A stretch of DNA of 64,000 nt from Promethearchaeota archaeon (GTDB lineage Archaea > Asgardarchaeota > Lokiarchaeia > Sigyniarchaeales > SOKP01), in contig JAHPZJ010000028.1 in the NCBI GenBank assembly GCA_019058245.1, positions 1 through 64,000 of the forward strand, given 5' to 3'. Below are positions 12,048-20,793 of this stretch, piece after piece (positions within the stretch are counted from its first letter, which is position 1; each line of letters begins with the position of its first letter). Under the pieces are notes generated by a model, which made no database searches, was not told where the DNA came from, and saw only the letters and a list, made by a program, of their open reading frames with translations. The translations under genes were made by a program, and so were the position numbers.

Positions 12048-12212
12048 ATGGAATTTGAGGTTAGTTTCGTTAATGGGAATATCAACTTAGCAGGAACCTT
12101 AATAATTCCCAATAAAAATGCAGAAGATTTTCCTGCTTTTGTGTTCGTGCATGGTTCTGGTCCCAAAGACAGAGATGAGAATCCAGATTTATCACTCATG
12201 TCTTTAAAATAA
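12048..12212 (+). pseudogene. N-terminal fragment of an alpha/beta hydrolase (S9/S15-like)
   Basis: MEFEVSFVNGNINLAGTLIIP...PAFVFVHGSGPKDRDEN, then stop after 54 aa, before any catalytic residues. Confidence 0.8.
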
Positions 12213-12261
12213 GTTCAAAAATTTAAAAAAAAAATTTTAGAGAATTTTATATTTCAATTAA

Positions 12262-14739
12262 TTATTTTTTATCAGTACCTATTTTGTCATATAACTTGTA
12301 TAATCTTACTTTGAAAAAGTCAGTAGTTACAAATAGACTAATACTATAAACCCAAACAAAAGCAGCAAGTCCCCATCCTATTGCTGGAAGTAGAAATCCA
12401 TAGACAGTAATAATTGTTGCTATCAATTGGGTTATAATTACAGCGAATAATAAAATTTTTGGTGGTCTTATGGACCAAAATGGACCTCTTGTTCGAGCAA
12501 CAAATATAGTTAAATGTCCCGCTACAGAAAGCTTTAAGTATATAAATGATTGCAATAATATAGGGCTTAAATGAAAGATCTCAAGTCCTATATAGAGAAA
12601 TAAAAAAGTAGAACCAACACCGATAAATCCAAGATAAGTAGCAATAAAAAGTAATGATTTCATATTCCATGTTTGAGGCGTATTTTGGTATTTAACATTG
12701 TCATAAGAGATTGTCATAATGGGAATGTCATTTAATATAGCTAATAAAACAATCATAAGTGCTGTTACTGGGTAAAATCGAAAAATGATGATTGAGAGTG
12801 CAATAAAAAATAAAATTCTGATTGTCTCTGCGATTCGGTATGTAGCATAATTAGTCATCCTTTGAAAAATCTTACGACTTTCTTTAATAGCATCGATTGT
12901 TACAGAAATTCCAGGTTTTGTAAAAACAATATCTGCAGCAGATTTGGCTGCATCTGTAGCACCTGCCACAGCTAATCCAACATCTGCTTTCTTTAATGCA
13001 GGAGCATCATTTACACCATCCCCAGTCATAGCCACAATATGTCCTCTTTTTTGTAGGAGTTCAACCATATGATATTTATGCTCAGGGAAGAATTGTGCAA
13101 ATCCATCTGCTTCTTCTACAATATTTTGAGCTACACCGTTCACTTTTTCTAAAAAAGAAGAAGCAGTTATTATATTTGTTCCTAAATTAATTTGTTTTGC
13201 AGTCTCCTTTGCAATAGCAACGTGATCACCCGTTATCATTTTTACTTGGATACCCATAGATTGAGCAGTTTTTATGGTTTCAGCAGAATCTTCGCGAGGA
13301 GGATCATAAAGTGCAATAAGCCCCACAAGCTGCCAATTATCTTCTAAATCTGTTTTAGCTACACCTAACGTACGATATCCCTTTGTAGCGAAAATTTCAA
13401 CATACTTATCAACTTTTTCAATATCATTTATTTCCTTTATTAATGAGAGGATAACTTGTGGTGCCCCTTTGGACACTTTGAAACAATTATATTCTTGAAT
13501 TTCATTACTATTAGTGAAATTACATACTTTTTCTACTGTCGCTTCAGTGCGCTTTATCATAGGATCAAATGGTTTAAATAATATAACCGTATAATTTTCT
13601 GAAACCGTTGTTTTCGATTGTAATTCCTCTAGTTTATTAATAATTACATTATCTATAGGGTCTTGATTCTCTTCTTTCGAGGCTAATGTTGCATATACCA
13701 ACACATCTCTATTTGTAAAATCTGAAAATGGTACGATCTCTCTTATTGTTAACTCATTTTTAGTTATGGTACCAGTTTTATCAGAACATAATATATCAGT
13801 ACTTGCTAGCTCTTCTATGGCAACTAACTTGCTAACAATTGCTTCTTTTTTAGCTAAAGCTATTGCTCCAATTGCCAGTGTAACTGATAAAACAGCCGGT
13901 AAAGCAGCAGGAATACCAGATACAGTTAATATTAATGCAAACTGTAATGTTTGTAATAAACTTTCATGGCGTAACATGGCAATAATAAAAGTAAAAAGAA
14001 CGACAGCAATAGCAAGGGTAATTAAATAGTTCCCTATTTTTAAAACTGCTTTTTGAAAATGACTTTTAGTTTTCGAATCTTCAACTAATTTTGTAGTTTT
14101 TCCAAAATATGTAGAAATTCCTGTTTTTGTCACCACCGCATCCATTTCTCCTTGCTTAATAATTGCTCCTGCATATTCATCATCCATAAAATGTTTTTCA
14201 ACAGGTAAAGATTCGCCAGTTAGTACAGATTCATCAACAATAAGATAATCACTGGAAATGAGTTTTACATCAGCAGGTACTATATCTCCAAGACGTAAAC
14301 GCACAATATCTCCAGGAACGAGCTCTCTGGCTGGTAGTATAAGCCATTTTCCATCGCGTAAGACACGAGCATTTATAGCTAAGCGCTGTTTTAATAATTC
14401 AATAGCGTTATCAGCTTTTTGTTCTTCCCAAAAACGAATAACAGCATTTATCATTAACAAAGAAAAGATTATCCAGAAATCATCCCATTGCTGATCAATT
14501 AAAGACATAATAACTGCTGCTTCTATCATCCATGGGATAGGGCCCCAAAAATTTTTTAAAAAATTAATGAATGGGTTTTTCTTTTTTTCGGGGATTTCAT
14601 TTGGGCCATACTTTTTAAGCTTTTCATCAGCTTCAGAAGTCGTGAGTCCATTTTTACTAGTTGATAGACTTTTTAAAAGTATATATTTATCTTCATCAGA
14701 AACATCTGATGATTTCGTTTCTAAACACGTGTGAACCAC
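12262..14739 (-). CDS. P-type IIIA plasma-membrane H+-ATPase
   Basis: LTGESLP, ILCSDKTGT, KGAP, DPPR, MTGDGVNDAPALKKAD; M6 ILNDIPIM carries the proton-binding Asp. Confidence 0.92.
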   Translation of the reverse strand: MVHTCLETKSSDVSDEDKYILLKSLSTSKNGLTTSEADEKLKKYGPNEIPEKKKNPFINFLKNFWGPIPWMIEAAVIMSLIDQQWDDFWIIFSLLMINAVIRFWEEQKADNAIELLKQRLAINARVLRDGKWLILPARELVPGDIVRLRLGDIVPADVKLISSDYLIVDESVLTGESLPVEKHFMDDEYAGAIIKQGEMDAVVTKTGISTYFGKTTKLVEDSKTKSHFQKAVLKIGNYLITLAIAVVLFTFIIAMLRHESLLQTLQFALILTVSGIPAALPAVLSVTLAIGAIALAKKEAIVSKLVAIEELASTDILCSDKTGTITKNELTIREIVPFSDFTNRDVLVYATLASKEENQDPIDNVIINKLEELQSKTTVSENYTVILFKPFDPMIKRTEATVEKVCNFTNSNEIQEYNCFKVSKGAPQVILSLIKEINDIEKVDKYVEIFATKGYRTLGVAKTDLEDNWQLVGLIALYDPPREDSAETIKTAQSMGIQVKMITGDHVAIAKETAKQINLGTNIITASSFLEKVNGVAQNIVEEADGFAQFFPEHKYHMVELLQKRGHIVAMTGDGVNDAPALKKADVGLAVAGATDAAKSAADIVFTKPGISVTIDAIKESRKIFQRMTNYATYRIAETIRILFFIALSIIIFRFYPVTALMIVLLAILNDIPIMTISYDNVKYQNTPQTWNMKSLLFIATYLGFIGVGSTFLFLYIGLEIFHLSPILLQSFIYLKLSVAGHLTIFVARTRGPFWSIRPPKILLFAVIITQLIATIITVYGFLLPAIGWGLAAFVWVYSISLFVTTDFFKVRLYKLYDKIGTDKK

Positions 14740-15228
14740 TATTCTTATACTATATTCATATTATTAATTAAAATTTAAAATGAATTGTATTTCTTAAAAG
14801 ATTCCATCATATTTTAACTTTTCGAAATCGAATTTAGATTTCCAAGAAATAAATTACCTATTTAAATGTTTTGATGGGGATATTAATTTATATTATCATT
14901 TCAAACAAAAATTTTAAATAAGTTAATTAATAACTAGATATACTCACCCATTTGATTTTGCCGGACTAGCTTTTTTATTCTCTAGCGTATATCCTTGCTA
15001 TTTTAATTAAATTTTGATTTTACAATTTAAGCACTATTATATCAATTATAGAATAGTATCTATTAAAGCGAATTTATTACAAATTATTCACAAATCTTTA
15101 CCTTTTCATCTAAGAATCAGTAAAAAATAAAAAAACGTCTAATTTTTATAAATTTCAATTTTTGAAAAAGAAATTGATAGCGAAATAAAGATTCTTATAC
15201 TCTATTATTGAAAGATTATACAATTTGC

Positions 15229-15324
15229 AAAGATAAAGAGTCTGGTATTGGTGCTTTTGCCGAAATAGAAATTATCATCTAATGATCCTATAAAATGGTG
15301 GCAAAAATGATAAAAAAAATGATT
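15229..15324 (+). pseudogene. Degenerate copy of the 3' end of the 9027-11432 gene (part 1)
   Basis: KDKESGIGAFAEIEIII**SYKMVAKMIKKMI versus EDTESGIGVFVEIDIKVGGAYKMMAKMIKKMT (11274-11369). Confidence 0.85.
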
Positions 15325-15446
15325 CTAACCTAACTAAGTTATATAAATTGAAGCTAAAATCTTTTAAATATAATAATACATAAAAAAGACATGAAAATAA
15401 AAATAATATAAATGTTTAAGCAAAAAATTTGTGAGGATTAATAACA

Positions 15447-16259
15447 ATGCCAATTTTTGATAATGAAGGAATTAAAATTTATTATGAAATTGAAGGAGAA
15501 GGGCCACCTGTGATAATGATTCATGGGTTTGCCGCAAATATCGAAGCTAATTGGAAAGTTACTAATTGGGTAGATGTTCTAAAGGATGATTATAAATTGA
15601 TACTTGTAGATTGTCGTGGGCACGGGAAAAGTGATAAACCTAAAGATGCTACTCAATATGGAGAAAAGATGAATGAAGATATCGTTAAATTACTTGATCA
15701 TTTATCTATTGAGAAGGCTAATTTTTTCGGATATTCTATGGGGGCAAGAGTAACTACAGATATTTTGCTTCAAAATCAAGAACGCTTTATAAGTGCTATT
15801 ATTGGAGGATTCCCCCTCTATTATCCCAAAAAAAGTACAAAATTCATTGCTAAAGTAATGATGAAAAAATGGATAAAGGGACTAAAAAAAGCAAATCTTG
15901 ATGATGTTAAAAATAAAGCTGCTTTAAGATTCCAAAAAGTAATTTCAGAGTATGATGATTCTCACTTACAAGATCTTGAAGCTTTAATTTATGTATTGGA
16001 GGGGGATATTCAACGTCCGGATGGTATACTCCCCACTAATCCCGAAAGGAAAGAAGCTCTTAAAAAAGTCAATGTGCCAGTTATGACTGTTTTCGGAGCT
16101 GATGACGGTATAGTTAAAAGAAGTAAATCCACAGGAGCTCAATTAGTACCAGATTCTTGTTATTTCCAAATCGAAGGAAAAGACCATATTAGTGTTGTCG
16201 CAGATCCCAAATTTCACATGGTCGTAAAGGCTTTTCTAGATTATATAAACAAGAATTAA
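15447..16259 (+). CDS. Alpha/beta hydrolase (paralog of 30798 and 32114)
   Basis: HGF, DCRGHGKSD, GYSMG nucleophile, GKDH catalytic His. Confidence 0.9.
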   Translation: MPIFDNEGIKIYYEIEGEGPPVIMIHGFAANIEANWKVTNWVDVLKDDYKLILVDCRGHGKSDKPKDATQYGEKMNEDIVKLLDHLSIEKANFFGYSMGARVTTDILLQNQERFISAIIGGFPLYYPKKSTKFIAKVMMKKWIKGLKKANLDDVKNKAALRFQKVISEYDDSHLQDLEALIYVLEGDIQRPDGILPTNPERKEALKKVNVPVMTVFGADDGIVKRSKSTGAQLVPDSCYFQIEGKDHISVVADPKFHMVVKAFLDYINKN

Positions 16260-16341
16260 CCTTTTATTTCCTTCTTAGGTAAATGGGTACGGGAAAAATA
16301 TTAATATTGAAAGGATTCAGTTGATGCAGAAAGTACTTAAA

Positions 16342-16380
16342 GCGATAGAAACTCTCAGTAAGATTTTAGCATAAACTAAG
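16342..16380 (+). pseudogene. Degenerate copy of the 3' end of the 9027-11432 gene (part 2)
   Basis: AIETLSKILA* versus AIETLNKILEENE (11391-11432); short match. Confidence 0.6.
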
Positions 16381-16428
16381 CAATTATTTTTTTTGATTTT
16401 TTCTAATTCAAATAGAAGAGGGTTTGTA

Positions 16429-17316
16429 ATGCCAAAAGCGAATGTAAACCAGATAGAGATTGAATATGAAACCATGGGGAATCCAGAGTTAAAACCAATT
16501 TTACTGATACCAGGTTTGGGTGGTCAGTTGATAGCTTGGTCAGATGATATATGCAAGAAACTTATCGATAATGGTTTTTTTGTTATAAAGTATGACAATC
16601 GAGATGTTGGTCTATCAACCAAATTTGATACTGCAGGTATCCCAGACATGATGGAGATTGCTACTGCATATAATCGTGGAGAAATACCCAATATCCCGTA
16701 TACTTTAGGAGACATGGCGGATGATGCTGTTGGATTATTAAATGCTTTGAATATTGATAAAGCACACATTTGCGGTGCATCTATGGGAGGTATGATTGCA
16801 CAAATTATAGCTTATACCCATCCCACTCGAGTGTTATCATTAACTGTAATTATAAGTACCACAGGTAATCCTTCTTTACCCCAAGCAAAACCAGAGATCA
16901 TGGCTCAATTTTTTGCACCAGTTCCTTCTGAGCGAGAAGCATATATAGAAGAAATGGCAAAGCGTGATAGTTTAATTTATGGTAATTTTGATTATGATGA
17001 AATCCAAGGTAAAGAATATAGAAAAAATGAATATGACAGATGTTATTACCCTGAAGGTGTAGCTCGACAATTGGCAGCAATGTCAATTCCCGGTAATATT
17101 CAACCGAAAATCTCCGCAATAAAAGCACCAACACTAGTTATTCATGGAAAGGAAGATCCTTTTAACTCTATTGAAGCTAGCAAAGAAATTGTATCGACTA
17201 TACCTGATGCAGAACTATTACTTATAGAGGGAATGGGGCATAGTTTTCCCCGTGAAGTTTTAGGACAGATAGTAGACGCTATAAGTGCTATTAGCAATAA
17301 GATCAATTCACAATAA
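16429..17316 (+). CDS. Alpha/beta hydrolase (esterase/peptidase S33-like)
   Basis: YDNRDVGLS, HICGASMGG, IHGKED, GMGH; ATG 16429 preferred over TTG 16393. Confidence 0.9.
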   Translation: MPKANVNQIEIEYETMGNPELKPILLIPGLGGQLIAWSDDICKKLIDNGFFVIKYDNRDVGLSTKFDTAGIPDMMEIATAYNRGEIPNIPYTLGDMADDAVGLLNALNIDKAHICGASMGGMIAQIIAYTHPTRVLSLTVIISTTGNPSLPQAKPEIMAQFFAPVPSEREAYIEEMAKRDSLIYGNFDYDEIQGKEYRKNEYDRCYYPEGVARQLAAMSIPGNIQPKISAIKAPTLVIHGKEDPFNSIEASKEIVSTIPDAELLLIEGMGHSFPREVLGQIVDAISAISNKINSQ

Positions 17317-17484
17317 TAATTGAATGCAATATTCCATTTTACTTGCTTTTCCAAAAAAAAAAATTAGTAATTTAGTTGGAAACTCATAATTATCTTCCAA
17401 ATAAATAGTTAAGGCTTAATCTAAATAATTTATTATTTTCTATTGTGGTTCTGAATGACAAATATTAACAACCTAGTTAAAAAT

Positions 17485-18006
17485 TTAATCTTCCTCCAAC
17501 TCAATTCTGTATCGACAGCACTTATCACCCTTAGTGAGTAATTTTGAAAATCCTTCAGTTTTAAACTTCGGGTTTAGTGCTTTAGCAAAGCTTCTAAGAG
17601 ATTCACCAATTAATACGTCGCAAAGTTCAGGTGCCTGAGACCATGGTTCAGTAACCGGACAAGTATAGATTTCTTTTTCAAAACCTTTAGGCGTGTTTTC
17701 AACATACCCATCCCAGAAATTCGCATATCTATCATCTATAAAATCAACCATCTTGGGAATTTTCATACAATCCTTGAAATCCTCTGGTTTGCAGCCAACT
17801 ATTTTCATTATTGTTGCCGCATCTCTCTTACCCCTTTCTCGATTTTCTTCCTTAAGTCTTTCAACGAATTTTTCGCCTCCAACTTCCTTACCTACGATAT
17901 AAAGTCTCACTGCCATCCGAGCCAAGGCTTTTGTCCAGTTCTTATAACGCTTACCCATTTCTTCCTCGCTAACCGGATACTTTTCATAATCTGGTACTTC
18001 TTTCAT
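17485..18006 (-). CDS. L-2-amino-thiazoline-4-carboxylate hydrolase-like / V4R-like protein
   Basis: TCPV...W...LC...NP...KLLTKGDKCCRY pattern; GGAGG RBS. Confidence 0.65.
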   Translation of the reverse strand: MKEVPDYEKYPVSEEEMGKRYKNWTKALARMAVRLYIVGKEVGGEKFVERLKEENRERGKRDAATIMKIVGCKPEDFKDCMKIPKMVDFIDDRYANFWDGYVENTPKGFEKEIYTCPVTEPWSQAPELCDVLIGESLRSFAKALNPKFKTEGFSKLLTKGDKCCRYRIELEED

Positions 18007-18209
18007 AATTTATCCTCCTAATAGAAATCATTATCACAAAAATAATTCTAGTGATTTTCAGAATAACATGTTTTGCTAATATATTGTTGCTTAAATTACT
18101 TTTTATTTATAGTATGATTACAATAAATACTCATCAGCACAGATGATATAAGGCTTTTTATAATTTCTTTAGTCTAATAATATTAATTAATTATAAGTTT
18201 CTAACTTAT

Positions 18210-18380
18210 TTAGGGAGTTTTTCTTTTTCTTGCCATGAATTTTAATCCCGAATCATCAAAACTTGATCCCTCAGTTAATGTATAGTTATCCTGAAATCTT
18301 TCTTTATAACATTCCATGCAGAAATCTCCCATAGATCCTCGAATTTTAGCCGCCTTACCACAGAATATACATTTCGATAT
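18210..18380 (-). CDS. Small zinc-finger protein (56 aa), not in the ORF track
   Basis: (M)SKCIFCGKAAKIRGSMGDFCMECYKERF...; two CxxC pairs; start is ATA 18380 after AAGGTG, or GTG 18389. Confidence 0.6.
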   Translation of the reverse strand: MSKCIFCGKAAKIRGSMGDFCMECYKERFQDNYTLTEGSSFDDSGLKFMARKRKTP

Positions 18381-18401
18381 AAATAACACCTTGAAATTTT
18401 A

Positions 18402-18869
18402 TTATAAATTAATTATAGGAGCTTGACATTTGAAACAGTCTTTGGCTCCACGATAATTAATAGTACCACACTCTGGACATATATTTCTATTTTCAACCTT
18501 TTCAATCCATTTTTCTGTTCCAACCTCGCGCCAAATAGGTATTTCTCTCATCATGACCTGCTTGCCTTCTGGACTGGGCCAATTTTCTATAATATCACAA
18601 GGAAATCCATCACATTGACAGCAGCTTTCTATGTTCTTATCTTTTACGCAATTTTTTATAGAGCAAGTTTGACAGAATGGAAATATGATATCATCAGATA
18701 GACATCCTGTGCAAGCAATATCTTCAATAGTATTAGCGCCCCATTTCTTAAAAATAGGAAATAATTTTCTCTTAAAATCATTATCATTTGAAATATGTGC
18801 TAGATAAACCGCACAAACTCCGCAATATAAACCACATGGAGATAATAATTCTTTTCTTATTTTAACCAT
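18402..18869 (-). CDS. DUF3795-family Cys-rich protein with C-terminal zinc ribbon
   Basis: PCGLYCGVC, CTGC, CSIKNC...CCQCDGFPC; CPECG...CFKC. Confidence 0.8.
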   Translation of the reverse strand: MVKIRKELLSPCGLYCGVCAVYLAHISNDNDFKRKLFPIFKKWGANTIEDIACTGCLSDDIIFPFCQTCSIKNCVKDKNIESCCQCDGFPCDIIENWPSPEGKQVMMREIPIWREVGTEKWIEKVENRNICPECGTINYRGAKDCFKCQAPIINL

Positions 18870-18905
18870 ATCAGATCCCTGCTAATTGATAATTTTTTAT
18901 CAATA

Positions 18906-20711
18906 TTAATTGTTTGTCATCATATCATAAGTGTTTTTTACTGATTTACCTGAAACCCATTCATTTATAAGAATAAATTTTTGAACTAATTCATTTGCAT
19001 TTTTTGGTAATTCTTCTTTAAATTCTATGTATCTTGGAACCATAAAATAAGCCAAATTTTGCTGTAGAAACATACAAAACTCCTTATAGGTTATTGAAGC
19101 TCCTTTTTGAATAACAGCACATATTTTTATATCTTTTTCTGAGGAATCTTTATCAGGAACCTCAAAAACAGCACTTTCGACTATTAGTGGATGTGAATTT
19201 GCTACAATTTCGATGTTTACCGCAAAAAACATCTCTTTTTCTCTGAGAATCATATCAGATCTCCTTCCTAAATAGTATACGAAACCTTGAAGATCTATAT
19301 ATCCAAAATCACCTGTTAAAACCCATCTATCTTCACCTATTCTTGTAACAGTCTCCTCCTGTAAATTATAATATTCAAGTTCAAAAGGAAGTTTTGTTCT
19401 AGCACAGATTTCACCAACATGATCTCGTCCAGGAGGCAACTCATTTCCGTCTAAATCAACAATTTTAATTTCAACACCCCGAGCAGGTTTTCCAACAGAA
19501 CCAATTTTACCACCTTTAGAACCAACAATATTAATAGTAAAACCAATACCCTCGACTAAACCCCACATTTCAATTATATGAATCCCAAATCTCCTTTCAA
19601 AAGGTTCCCATATTTCTTGTAAAGCTCCAGCTCCTATGGCATATTTTATTGAATGATTTCTGTCATTTTTTGAGGGCGGCTGATTTACTAAGTTCATTAG
19701 GTGTGCTGCATAATAAGTAAAACCATCAGGTTTGTATTTTTCGACATCTTTCCAAAATGTTGAAATATTGAAGTTTTCAGCAACAATAATTGAACCATTA
19801 TAATACATAATTGGAATTATCAAGAAATATCGTTCTAATCCTTGAAATAATGGTAAAGGACAATAAAATTTGTTTGAGTCACTACCGAATCCTAAATGTT
19901 CTAATTGATTTCCAATACTAATTCCTGAAAGAGCAAAATAATTTCTATATATTACACCTTTTGGTTTTCCTGTCGTTCCTGATGTATAAGATATTTCAAG
20001 AGGATCATAACTATAGATATGAATATTAGGACTATCTGAATTTTTAGATAAGATTTCGGAAAAGTTTGCATATTTCCTTGCGTATTTAAAATCAATAGGA
20101 GCATTAAAAAGATAGATTTTGCGTATTTTTTTCAATTTTTCATAGATTTCTTCTACATTTTTAAAATATTTATAATCTATAATTAATATTTCAGAATTAC
20201 TATTTCTCAACACATATTCTAATAAATCCCCTTTAAACAAGTAACTTAATGGTACAAACATGTTACCCGTTTTTGCTATACCAAACCAACAAAAGAGAGC
20301 TTCTGGACAATTTGGTAATAACATGGAAATATGAGAATTCTTTAATTTTAATTTTTTAATTTGTTCTATAAGTCCATTGGCTATCTGATTTGAGATTGAA
20401 TTGACCTCTTGATAGGAAAAAATTTTATCTTTATAATATAGAAAAGGTCTATCTTTATTCACTAGTGCTTTACTTTCTATGAGATTTGCTATGGTGGCCG
20501 CCTCAATATCATAAACTTTTGTGAGATCACTTAGATTATATACCTTTCGAATTTCTAAGCTCTCACCTTTTAATTCTATCATTACTTCTTCTTTATCTCT
20601 AAAAGGAAAAGAGCTGTCTCTAACTATCTTATTTGGTATATAGACCCAATATGTGGAATATTTAGGATTACCCGATTTTTTTTCCGAAATCTTGCCCTTA
20701 GCAATTTTCAT
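18906..20711 (-). CDS. AbrB/SpoVT-like domain fused to a CaiC-like AMP-binding (acyl-CoA ligase) domain
   Basis: N-terminal YWVYIPNKIVRDSSFPFRDKEEVMIEL; YTSGTTGKPKG, TGDFG, GRRSD present; several C-terminal motifs degenerate. Confidence 0.75.
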   Translation of the reverse strand: MKIAKGKISEKKSGNPKYSTYWVYIPNKIVRDSSFPFRDKEEVMIELKGESLEIRKVYNLSDLTKVYDIEAATIANLIESKALVNKDRPFLYYKDKIFSYQEVNSISNQIANGLIEQIKKLKLKNSHISMLLPNCPEALFCWFGIAKTGNMFVPLSYLFKGDLLEYVLRNSNSEILIIDYKYFKNVEEIYEKLKKIRKIYLFNAPIDFKYARKYANFSEILSKNSDSPNIHIYSYDPLEISYTSGTTGKPKGVIYRNYFALSGISIGNQLEHLGFGSDSNKFYCPLPLFQGLERYFLIIPIMYYNGSIIVAENFNISTFWKDVEKYKPDGFTYYAAHLMNLVNQPPSKNDRNHSIKYAIGAGALQEIWEPFERRFGIHIIEMWGLVEGIGFTINIVGSKGGKIGSVGKPARGVEIKIVDLDGNELPPGRDHVGEICARTKLPFELEYYNLQEETVTRIGEDRWVLTGDFGYIDLQGFVYYLGRRSDMILREKEMFFAVNIEIVANSHPLIVESAVFEVPDKDSSEKDIKICAVIQKGASITYKEFCMFLQQNLAYFMVPRYIEFKEELPKNANELVQKFILINEWVSGKSVKNTYDMMTNN

Positions 20712-20732
20712 TTTAAAATTTTTTAAAAAAAA

Positions 20733-20766
20733 TTTACTACTGTAAATTAATTATTCCTAACGTAAA
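20733..20766. promoter_or_regulatory. Palindromic operator TTTAC-N4-GTAAA plus a degenerate second copy
   Basis: TTTACTACTGTAAA at 20733-20746 and ATTCCTAACGTAAA at 20753-20766, 22-55 nt upstream of the 20711 start. Confidence 0.6.
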
Positions 20767-20793
20767 AATAAATCTTATTATTTTTTAATATTA

